From Candidatus Beckwithbacteria bacterium (lineage in GTDB: Bacteria > Patescibacteriota > Microgenomatia > UBA1400 > UBA1449): a DNA stretch of 60,216 nt. The notes beneath the pieces are model-generated. The model saw nothing but the letters and a program-made list of their open reading frames with translations, was not told where the DNA came from and did no database searches. The stretch covers positions 1-60,216 of the forward strand of contig JAAZOH010000002.1 of the NCBI GenBank assembly GCA_012797845.1, given 5' to 3'. Shown in pieces: positions 1 to 7,647 of the stretch (position 1 is the first letter of the stretch; the number at the start of each line of letters is the position of its first letter). Made by a program: the position numbers and the translations under genes.

Positions 1-138
1 GTTTTTGGGCTGATGGCTACTTTGCTGAAACCATAGGTAAAACCAATTACTTACAAATAAAAAAGTACATTAAAGACAATAAAGAAATTATGCCAGAGAA
101 GGATTAAAACCACGGTCTTTAGACCGTGTGTAGTTTAT
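1..138 (+). mobile_element. IS200/IS605-family element, right end (partial, contig end)
   Basis: 3' end of a Y1 transposase, then subterminal hairpin CACGGTCT-tt-AGACCGTG (111-128) and terminal tetranucleotide TTAT (135-138). Identical inverted copy at the other end of the window. Confidence 0.9.
3..107 (+). CDS. tnpA: IS200/IS605 transposase TnpA, C-terminal fragment (5' partial)
   Basis: Translates FWADGYFAETIGKTNYLQIKKYIKDNKEIMPEKD*, matching the FW..GY...T.G...I..YI motif (catalytic Tyr helix) of Y1 transposases. Confidence 0.88.
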   Translation, partial: FWADGYFAETIGKTNYLQIKKYIKDNKEIMPEKD

Positions 139-1531
139 TAGGTTTGCAATACACATTGCTTAATTTAGAAGCTATTGAATGCCAATTCCAATATCTTTTT
201 ACATGCTCTCTAGCAGTCTTTCCAAAACTAGCATATTTACAAGGATTGGAAATAAAGTCAATTAAATAGTCTCTAATTTGCTTTGGATTATTAGGATCAA
301 ACATAATTCCTATTTCAGGATCAGAAATTACTTCACGTATTCCTGGAATATTAGATGCAAAAACTGGTTTTCCACAAGCCATGACCTCTGGAATAACCAA
401 AGGGAGACCTTCTCTTGTACTGGGAAAGAAAAAACTGTCACAGGCCTGGATATAAGTTGGCATTTGATCATGAGGTACTTTGTTAAAAATATGTATACCA
501 ACCCCAAGACCTTGAGTTATTCTTTGTTTATTATAATTGTCTATTTGTATACATACTTCATTATAAATAGAATCTGGCTGTCCTTGTCCTGCTCCGCCAC
601 CTATAAAAACCAAGTAGCCCTTTTCTTGGATATCTAAGGGTAAGGTTTTCCATATGTTGATTAACACATCTGGTTGTTTTCGTTGAACAAACCTACCTAT
701 AAATAATATAACGGTTTTATCTATTGGAATTCCTAATCTAGTACGTATGTGTTGCTTTTCTTTTTTTGAACAAGGTTTAAAATGTTCATCATCAACTCCG
801 AATGGTACCATCTCAAAATTCATCTGAGGTTTAGTTAAACCAGCCTCAGAATACTCTAAAGCTATATCGGAATTAGCTCCTATGTATCCTGTCATAGCAC
901 AATTGAGTAATGCATTTAAAGGTTGATGCTTTTTTGACGATTGCCAAGTAATTTGATTTACTCCCCTTCTAGTTATTGATCCACTTGTGGCAGTACTTAG
1001 GTATGTATTAATCCCTAAGGTTCTTAATAATATTGAAGCTAGATATTGTTGCTCAGCTTTATCATTATATGTTTCAGGGGTTTCTGGAATGGGTGGAAAT
1101 ACTTCCATCCATTGCACAATATCAAAATCACTACGTCTTTTTAAAAGATAGCTGATTATATCTTCAATCCCTGCTCCTACGCCATGTACGACTATTCCTT
1201 CGGGGCTAATTTGTGTCCCTCTTTGATCCGAATGTTCATATATGCCTTTAGCAATAATCTCTGTATGATGGCCGAGTACTTTAAGACCTTGTGCCAATTT
1301 TCTTGTGCCAATTTCTAATCCTCCAATCTCATATAAAGGATGATAAGGGATGACTAAAGCAACTTTAGGTGGTTGTCTTACTATCGTTTCTTTACTGAAA
1401 CTTTCACACTGTATTCTGGCAAGATTGAATATTGCAGAAGCTACAAACGGAGAATTAATTCTCTCCCCATCAACAATAGATTGAACTAGTTGTTCAGTAT
1501 TTGGGTGAAGTGTTTCTCTACCCAGTGGCAT
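119..1531 (-). CDS. glycosyltransferase family 4 (GT-B); last ~7 codons supplied by the IS end
   Basis: GGLE N-terminal loop, FIGRFVQRKQ, FPSTREGLPLVIPEVMACGKPV motif. The stop codon lies inside the IS hairpin. Confidence 0.9.
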   Translation of the reverse strand: MPLGRETLHPNTEQLVQSIVDGERINSPFVASAIFNLARIQCESFSKETIVRQPPKVALVIPYHPLYEIGGLEIGTRKLAQGLKVLGHHTEIIAKGIYEHSDQRGTQISPEGIVVHGVGAGIEDIISYLLKRRSDFDIVQWMEVFPPIPETPETYNDKAEQQYLASILLRTLGINTYLSTATSGSITRRGVNQITWQSSKKHQPLNALLNCAMTGYIGANSDIALEYSEAGLTKPQMNFEMVPFGVDDEHFKPCSKKEKQHIRTRLGIPIDKTVILFIGRFVQRKQPDVLINIWKTLPLDIQEKGYLVFIGGGAGQGQPDSIYNEVCIQIDNYNKQRITQGLGVGIHIFNKVPHDQMPTYIQACDSFFFPSTREGLPLVIPEVMACGKPVFASNIPGIREVISDPEIGIMFDPNNPKQIRDYLIDFISNPCKYASFGKTAREHVKRYWNWHSIASKLSNVYCKPNKLHTV

Positions 1532-1535
1532 AATA

Positions 1536-2111
1536 TTAAATTTTGGACAGAGAATTAGATTTCAGTTTCTTAAATTCCTTTATAAAACGAGGATGATTAG
1601 TAGGATTATATAAAATTGAGAGTAATCCCGCTTTTCTAGCACCAATAACGTTTGGTTTACTGTCATCGATGAATACACATTCACCTGGCTTAACACCTAA
1701 TCGTCTATACATAATATCGAAAATCTTTTTATCCGGTTTCTTAATTCCTAATTTAGCAGAATTTAGCATGACATTAAAATTATCAGCAAATTTAAATTTA
1801 TGACTCCATTTATCAAATATAGTAAATGTACCATTATTAATAATCCCAGTTTTATAGATATTTTTTATCTGGTTATGAAACTCCCACATTTGTATATTTT
1901 TCTTATATCCATCTGCAATTTTGTCAGCTAATGCTTGTACATCAATTATTTTATTACCGTATCCATTTTTTATTTCATCCCAAAAAATCTTGTCATTTAA
2001 AGCGCTACCGCATTTATGATCAATAGCTAGAACTATTTTTGATGGTCTCCAACTCTTTTTTTTAATAAGCAGCGGACCAACACAATCATAGATAATGGCT
2101 TTAATTTTCAT
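1536..2111 (-). CDS. HAD-superfamily hydrolase (subfamily IA, phosphatase-like)
   Basis: IIYDCVGP motif I, INNG motif II, KKPD motif III, FIDDS..NV..A motif IV. Confidence 0.85.
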   Translation of the reverse strand: MKIKAIIYDCVGPLLIKKKSWRPSKIVLAIDHKCGSALNDKIFWDEIKNGYGNKIIDVQALADKIADGYKKNIQMWEFHNQIKNIYKTGIINNGTFTIFDKWSHKFKFADNFNVMLNSAKLGIKKPDKKIFDIMYRRLGVKPGECVFIDDSKPNVIGARKAGLLSILYNPTNHPRFIKEFKKLKSNSLSKI

Positions 2112-3180
2112 ATTGGTGAATAGCTGGTAATTCTAAATTATGTTTATGAGTAAACAATTCAATTGTACGAACTTTTTCTGATCTTTCAATTATAGTTTGA
2201 AGTTCTTGGACCCTATCCTGAAATGAATGATCTTGTAGTGCTTGTCTTGCATTAAAACTAGGTAACTCCCCTTGGTAATCAGGGCAAAGAGTTATATTGC
2301 CATCTGTAGCTACTCGAACAAGGCATCTTCCCTCCTGGCAAAAAATAGGACAATCCCAACACTCTGAATCTCTCATAGTGTAACGACTATCTTTAAAAGA
2401 AAGCACTAAACCATTAGGTAATAGTGCTCGATGGAAAGCAACACCAAATTGATCTCTAGTAGTATGAAAATTTGCCTTTGGATATAGTTGTGTTACTGTA
2501 GTTTGGAATTCTGGATACGCAACAAACTCTCGTTCCCAAAACGATTTATCACTTCTGTCCAAGTTTGGATAATGTACCAAGTCTAAATATTGGACTTGCT
2601 TAACACCTAAACCCTGGCAAAAATCAATAAAACGTTCCATTTCTGAGGGGGTCATTTCACTTCGTAATAATACCCGGTTTATGCGTGTATATATTAATTG
2701 GCTAGAAGCACGAATTCCCTCCAATACTTTATGTAAATCTCCACCTCCTGTAATTTCCCGAAAACTGTCTGGATCACATGTGTCCAGGCTCACTTTAAGC
2801 ACATTTAATCCTTTTGGTAAACCACCATTCTTTTCTAAGTAAGTTGTTAACAATATTCCATTAGTAGTAATATCCACTTCTTTATATCCCATTTCGCTTA
2901 TTTCTGTAATAATTTTATCCCAATCATGTCTCAATAATGGTTCTCCTCCTGTGCCTCTCATTTTAGTCATTCCACCCTGTTCATGTAGCTGTCTGAGTAT
3001 AGTTAGAAGATCATCAGAACTGAGGTTTCCTTCATGCATAGGTGCTTTCCGAAAGTCTTCCATAGCAGCTGGAAACGCATCGTTTCTATAAGAAGAACCA
3101 CCGCAGTAATTACAAAATAAATTGCAATAAGGCCATAATGCAACTCTAGCAGTTGTATCAGCAAGAGTTTCTTTATTCAT
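2101..3180 (-). CDS. radical SAM enzyme, MoaA-like fold with twitch-type auxiliary Fe-S motif
   Basis: CNLFCNYC (CxxxCxxC), TGGEPLLR, ITTNG, VSLDT, C-terminal CWDCPIFCQEGRC..RVATDG...C. No C-terminal GG motif of true MoaA. Confidence 0.85.
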   Translation of the reverse strand: MNKETLADTTARVALWPYCNLFCNYCGGSSYRNDAFPAAMEDFRKAPMHEGNLSSDDLLTILRQLHEQGGMTKMRGTGGEPLLRHDWDKIITEISEMGYKEVDITTNGILLTTYLEKNGGLPKGLNVLKVSLDTCDPDSFREITGGGDLHKVLEGIRASSQLIYTRINRVLLRSEMTPSEMERFIDFCQGLGVKQVQYLDLVHYPNLDRSDKSFWEREFVAYPEFQTTVTQLYPKANFHTTRDQFGVAFHRALLPNGLVLSFKDSRYTMRDSECWDCPIFCQEGRCLVRVATDGNITLCPDYQGELPSFNARQALQDHSFQDRVQELQTIIERSEKVRTIELFTHKHNLELPAIHQYEN

Positions 3181-3210
3181 AACTATCTTTATAGGACACT
3201 AAATTAGTGT

Positions 3211-3236
3211 TATTATAATACGAAAATTATAATACG
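3211..3236. promoter_or_regulatory. candidate bidirectional -10 region between divergent operons
   Basis: TTATAATACG occurs twice (3213-3222, 3227-3236). TATTATAATA (3211-3220) is palindromic, giving TATAAT on both strands in the 88-bp divergent gap. Confidence 0.45.
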
Positions 3237-3268
3237 CAATAAATATATACATATTATTTATTTGAAAA

Positions 3269-4354
3269 ATGGAAACACCTGAACATCTAGCACAAACACT
3301 AATACATAAAAAAGATATCGTATGTACTCAGTGTGAAGAACCGACCATCTATCCTTTAACTGGGGGGATTATTAATATCAACGAAGTTATCTGTTCTCCT
3401 TGTTTCGATTGTCAGCCAGTAGTTGCTAGTATTTACATTAATGCTCCAGAGAGAAGAGATAAGGAATTATTTATTAGGCAAATCCTTATGCAACAACCAG
3501 GAATACCTGTGCCAACGCTCCTAGATTCAGGAGATACTTTTATTGATGGTCAACTTATAACGTATATGGTGAAAGAACTTATTCCGGGTGATACCTTATA
3601 TTCAGTTTTACATAACCGGTTACCTGAATTATCTAAGATTGATTTAGAATCTATTGCTCTGCAACTTGGAAATTATTTAGCTAGAATTCACCAATGTTAT
3701 TTTCCTTGTTTTGGAGAAATTAATGGGGATCAGTTGTCTCCTAGGTCTGAATGGCGTGATGTTTTCTGGGAAAGATTTTTACGAAGAGCAAAATCAGTAT
3801 CAAATCTTCCTTCGGACATTCAAGTTGGACCCTATCAAGCCATTGATATCCAAGTACTATTGCCTATCTTAATAAAAAAAGTGCAACAAGAAATTGGTAT
3901 ATTAGATTCAGTCACAACTCCAGTTTTAGTACATGGTGATTGCCATTTTCTCAATGTTATGGCTAATTCAACAAAGAAATGGGGTATATCTGCGATACTG
4001 GATATGGAAGATGCACATGCTGGTGATGCTGAAGTAGATTTGGCAATCATTGAGAGTCAACTTAATTTATCTCCTGAGTTTAGTACTGCATTTAAAACCG
4101 TATTGCCTGCTTTTCTTCACGGCTATAGTATGAAAAGGAGAATATCTCCTGAGTTTAAACAAAAAAGAAAACTTTATCATATTCCTTGGTCACTCTCTTA
4201 TTTTGAGGCAGTCTTACAGATGGATACACAAATTCATCCAATAACTGAACAAATAATAGGATATATGCATCGTCACTACCAGGTACTTAAAGGAATATCG
4301 CAAGGATTAACACTAGAAGAAATAGGAGTTCCCTGTATAGTAGATAATGATTAA
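3269..4354 (+). CDS. aminoglycoside phosphotransferase / choline kinase-like (APH) family kinase
   Basis: GIPVP, HGDCHFLNV (Brenner HGDxxxxN motif), ILDMEDAHAGD metal-binding motif. Confidence 0.88.
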   Translation: METPEHLAQTLIHKKDIVCTQCEEPTIYPLTGGIININEVICSPCFDCQPVVASIYINAPERRDKELFIRQILMQQPGIPVPTLLDSGDTFIDGQLITYMVKELIPGDTLYSVLHNRLPELSKIDLESIALQLGNYLARIHQCYFPCFGEINGDQLSPRSEWRDVFWERFLRRAKSVSNLPSDIQVGPYQAIDIQVLLPILIKKVQQEIGILDSVTTPVLVHGDCHFLNVMANSTKKWGISAILDMEDAHAGDAEVDLAIIESQLNLSPEFSTAFKTVLPAFLHGYSMKRRISPEFKQKRKLYHIPWSLSYFEAVLQMDTQIHPITEQIIGYMHRHYQVLKGISQGLTLEEIGVPCIVDND

Positions 4355-4412
4355 GTTACACTAACTATAATATATTCAAACTCCTTTTACACTCCCCTAT
4401 ATAATTTTTTCT

Positions 4413-4441
4413 GTGTGACACAATGAAAAAGCAGTGAGCTA
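4413..4441 (+). repeat. 29-bp direct repeat, copy 1 (copy 2 at 6631-6659)
   Basis: GTGTGACACAATGAAAAAGCAGTGAGCTA vs GTGTGACACAATAGAAAAGCAGTGAGCTA, 27/29 identical. Confidence 0.9.
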
Positions 4442-4512
4442 GAAAAAGTTAATGTATTTTTGAAGAAATGATATAGTGTTTATATATTTAAATACTAAAA
4501 ATATTTATTGTT

Positions 4513-4665
4513 ATGAGAAAAATATCAACTGATCGGATTTTTGAATTTGAATTAGCTGCACTTAAATTACTTCAAGAGAATAATAATAGGCTACCATCTA
4601 GAGAAATCGTTAGAATTTTAGAAAATACACTTGAGTTGAACCAATATGAACCCTCCACGGACTAA
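4513..4665 (+). pseudogene. N-terminal remnant of an Mrr-type restriction protein (winged-helix Mrr_N), truncated by IS200
   Basis: MRKISTDRIFEFELAALKLLQENNNRLPSREIVRILENTLELNQYE resembles the first helices of Mrr_N. The frame runs into the IS end and stops at 4665. Not in the ORF track (too short). Confidence 0.55.
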
Positions 4666-5175
4666 AGTCCGTGGTTTCCTAAACATGTTATTGATCTTGT
4701 ACATACTTAATCACAGAACTCAGATTCCTATGGCCAACAGTACCAACAAAGTACCCTTCAGACCAAAAGCTATTTGCCCAGACAGCTTCTTCCAAGCTTG
4801 GAAACAGTTCTCGCAGCTTTTTACTGGTACCACCTTTGATCAGCTGCATAATCCTACTCGGACTGTATGTGGGTTTGGCTCCAAGCAGCAGGTGTATATG
4901 GTCAGGTTGGATGTTAAGCTCCACAATCTCAAAGTTGTTAATCTGCGCACAAAAACGAATCATGCCATCCAAACGTTTTTTAATGTTTCCTACCAGTTTT
5001 CGCTTACGATACTTGGGTATAAAAGTAAAGTGATACGTAATATCATAGGCAGTGTGAGTAATATGTTTAATTTCCATATTCTCAAGTTTATCAAATTGCC
5101 AAAACATTCGTTTTTGTGCTTACAAGGATTGCATTCCTCCCACGCCCTTACAGGGCGGGGTTTCTTGCAATGTTT
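4646..5175 (-). mobile_element. complete IS200-type element (tnpA only, no tnpB), 530 bp
   Basis: LE hairpin CCC-A-CGCCCT-tac-AGGGCG-GGG (~5139-5160), RE hairpin CCACGGACT-aa-AGTCCGTGG (4655-4674). On the minus strand both hairpins are preceded by GAAA and both cleavage sites read TCAT. Confidence 0.92.
4688..5077 (-). CDS. tnpA: IS200/IS605 family transposase TnpA (Y1, HUH)
   Basis: YHFTFIPKYRK, DHIHLL (HUH), KGGTSK, FWSEGYFVGTVG, IKYVQDQ catalytic Tyr. Start set at ATG 5077. Confidence 0.95.
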   Translation of the reverse strand: MEIKHITHTAYDITYHFTFIPKYRKRKLVGNIKKRLDGMIRFCAQINNFEIVELNIQPDHIHLLLGAKPTYSPSRIMQLIKGGTSKKLRELFPSLEEAVWANSFWSEGYFVGTVGHRNLSSVIKYVQDQ

Positions 5176-5634
5176 ATGAACTCTGTTACCCAAGAAGATA
5201 GTCTCGGTTGTAGTCTTGCTTGTATTGCCCAGCTAACCCACAAATCCTATCAAGCAATTTTAAAATTAGTCGATCATCAAAAAGCTCAAACTCAGGGATT
5301 TTATTGTAAAGAATTAGTATCTATTCTATCTTACTTAGGCTATAACTATAACTATAAATACTTAAAACCAAGACTTAAAAAACTAATTTATACAAATGGG
5401 GTCATTGTCTTTATAAAACGTTCAAAAAAATATCCTAACGGACATTATTTAATTCGTGTTAATAAAACATGGATGGATCCCTGGATAAATTTTTCTGCTA
5501 CCGCAAGGATTATCGATGCAACGGCAGGTTTTAGAAAACGGCTACCTGGAACTCCAATTTATGCTTTGTTCCCAAGGCAAATATTAGTTAGTGAACAAAA
5601 AAATACCTGCTGCTACAAAAGTAACAACAGGTAA
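5176..5634 (+). CDS. peptidase C39-like (papain-fold) protein
   Basis: QEDSLGCSLAC (Gln/Cys), GHY (His), MDP (Asp). The true start ATG 5176 coincides with the IS target site. Confidence 0.6.
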   Translation: MNSVTQEDSLGCSLACIAQLTHKSYQAILKLVDHQKAQTQGFYCKELVSILSYLGYNYNYKYLKPRLKKLIYTNGVIVFIKRSKKYPNGHYLIRVNKTWMDPWINFSATARIIDATAGFRKRLPGTPIYALFPRQILVSEQKNTCCYKSNNR

Positions 5635-5682
5635 ATTTTATTTAATTTTTGATAATAAAATATAAATCTCTTTCTATATCAA

Positions 5683-6480
5683 CTACATATGTATGCTAGA
5701 CATATTGGATATGTCATGCATGCTGTAGATATATTCCAAAACTTGTTCAACTGTAGCTAAAGCCTTAGTAATAGCTAGCAGTGGGTCTTTGGCATAAAGG
5801 CTAATGTATTTCCAACTACTGCCTGAATGGTCTTCATATCCATAAAGATTAGTTAAGACTGCAGCTGTAAATTCAGCTACCACTTCCTGATCAACATTTT
5901 GCCCAGCTGTCAATTTGCCTTTTATCCGGGCATGGATAGCATGAGCTAGTTCGTGGAAAAAGACTGAGGGGTCAAAACTAGCTAAACGGATCCTTGTCCC
6001 ATCAGTAGTACAATCTCCATACCTATCTTCTATGGTAGGGGTATAACTAACGTTAATCTTTAGTTTTTCAGCCAGATCCATAAGCGGGGGTAATTTGGCA
6101 GGAGTGTATAGAGAAATAGGAGTTTCCCCTTTGGTAGCAGAGGCTGGAAAAACCGGTACTGGATAAAAACCTATACAAGTATATTCTTCCCGATCAGCTT
6201 CTCCATCAATATCTTTGACCATATGTGGTCTGATGATATATACAGCCTTACTACCTTTCTGGACAAATCTACCTGCCTTTTGCCATTGTCTAAAACCTCT
6301 GCAATCTAATTCTTCAGCCTGGATATAGGCTAGAACCCGGTTACTTAAGCTCCAGTTTCGAGCTGGAGCTTGGGGATCTAACCGAATCCTGACGGTATTA
6401 GTAATGGGAGATAAATCTCCATTCTTAAACTTCTCGACCACCTGATCGAGACTTTGTTTAACCTTAGGAGAGAATTTCAT
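5683..6480 (-). CDS. ardC: ArdC-like ssDNA-binding antirestriction protein with zincin (HExxH) domain
   Basis: WSLSN..L, GFRQWQKAGRFVQKGSKA (ArdC N-terminal domain), HELAHAIH, EVVAE. Strong AAGGAGG SD upstream. Confidence 0.8.
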   Translation of the reverse strand: MKFSPKVKQSLDQVVEKFKNGDLSPITNTVRIRLDPQAPARNWSLSNRVLAYIQAEELDCRGFRQWQKAGRFVQKGSKAVYIIRPHMVKDIDGEADREEYTCIGFYPVPVFPASATKGETPISLYTPAKLPPLMDLAEKLKINVSYTPTIEDRYGDCTTDGTRIRLASFDPSVFFHELAHAIHARIKGKLTAGQNVDQEVVAEFTAAVLTNLYGYEDHSGSSWKYISLYAKDPLLAITKALATVEQVLEYIYSMHDISNMSSIHM

Positions 6481-6536
6481 AAACCCTATCCTCCTTCTCT
6501 ACTGCAGGAATAGTAATTAAGCACCAAGCTTGCAGC

Positions 6537-6659
6537 TAGCTCACTGCTCAACCATTCCTACTACACACGAAGTCAAGGTGCGGCATTTGTGTCCTGATTT
6601 TTTGAAGGATGCAGATGCTGTGCCTTGACCGTGTGACACAATAGAAAAGCAGTGAGCTA
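6537..6659 (+). other. ~123-nt imperfect hairpin (ssDNA or RNA structure) between ardC and the R-M operon
   Basis: Outer stem 6537-6548/6648-6659 (12 bp perfect), middle stem 6564-6569/6630-6635, inner stem 6572-6595/6606-6629 (24 contiguous pairs, 6 of them G-T/U wobble on the + strand). Confidence 0.85.
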
Positions 6660-6721
6660 AGAGACTATATTTTTATTATTAGTTGAGGAAATATAACTTT
6701 GGATATAGAATTATAGGGATT

Positions 6722-7645
6722 ATGCCAATCTTTAAAGTCAACAAACAAAAGCTGGAATCAATTAAGGAAGTTAAAATTGATTTGGAAAAAGACATACAAA
6801 CTCTTACGGAAAATAATCTGACTACTATTTTTAATCTTCAATTTGTTTGTTCTGAATTTACTCATAATAACTTACGTATTGATACTTTGGCTTACGATCA
6901 AGAAACTCAATCCTTTGTGATTATTGAATATAAAAAAGATCGAAGTTTTTCTGTTATTGATCAAGGCTATGCTTATTTAGCTTTAATGCTAAATAATAAA
7001 GCTGACTTTATTTTGGAATACAATGAAAAGACTAATCAAAATCTTAAGCGAGAGAATATAGATTGGTCACAATCACGGGTTATCTTTATCGCTAATTCTT
7101 TTACCAAATATCAACAGCAGGCTATTAACTTTCAAGATTTACCAATTGAACTTTGGGAAGTTAAAAAATACAGCAATAACACTTTTTTATATAACCAACT
7201 TCAATCACCCCAAGCTTCAGAATCGATTAAGACAATTAGTAAAAATAAAACCATAAGCAAAGTTTCACAAGAGGTTAAAAAGTATACAATTAGCGATCTT
7301 TTTAAAGTAGATTGGAGAAACTCAAGAGATTTATTTGAATCTTTAAGACCTAGAATTCTAGAAATAGATGAAAGAATTGAAGAAAAATTTAATAAATTTT
7401 ATGTAGGATACAAAATTGGGTCATATAATCTTTGTACGTTAAATGTTTATAAATCTAAACTGGAGTTAGACTTGGTAAGAGTTGATAAAAAAGATCTAAA
7501 TGATCCAGAGAATAAAATAAAACTACGACCATGGAAAGAAAATAATTGGGGTAAGTTATGTAGATATACTATCCTATCTAAAAATGACTTCGATTATGCT
7601 ATGTTTTTAATTAAACAAGTATATGAAAAGTTTTATAAGGAGTAG
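6722..7645 (+). CDS. PD-(D/E)xK (NucS/EndoMS-like) nuclease fused to DUF5655-like domain
   Basis: RIDTLAYD..FVIIEYKK nuclease motif, DQG..Y, C-terminal H/NWG-type domain. ATG start 6722 preferred over TTG 6683. Confidence 0.7.
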   Translation: MPIFKVNKQKLESIKEVKIDLEKDIQTLTENNLTTIFNLQFVCSEFTHNNLRIDTLAYDQETQSFVIIEYKKDRSFSVIDQGYAYLALMLNNKADFILEYNEKTNQNLKRENIDWSQSRVIFIANSFTKYQQQAINFQDLPIELWEVKKYSNNTFLYNQLQSPQASESIKTISKNKTISKVSQEVKKYTISDLFKVDWRNSRDLFESLRPRILEIDERIEEKFNKFYVGYKIGSYNLCTLNVYKSKLELDLVRVDKKDLNDPENKIKLRPWKENNWGKLCRYTILSKNDFDYAMFLIKQVYEKFYKE

Positions 7646-7647
7646 CC

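Noticed and set aside
2101-3180. Radical SAM as true MoaA or as a prokaryotic viperin
   Set aside because: It lacks the MoaA C-terminal GG motif, and no moaC or other Moco genes are nearby. It carries an auxiliary Cys cluster and lacks the viperin-type CNYxCxFC context and C-terminal motifs.
4646-5179. 177-aa + strand ORF spanning the IS
   Set aside because: Antisense shadow of tnpA; begins at the ATGA target site by coincidence and has no motifs.
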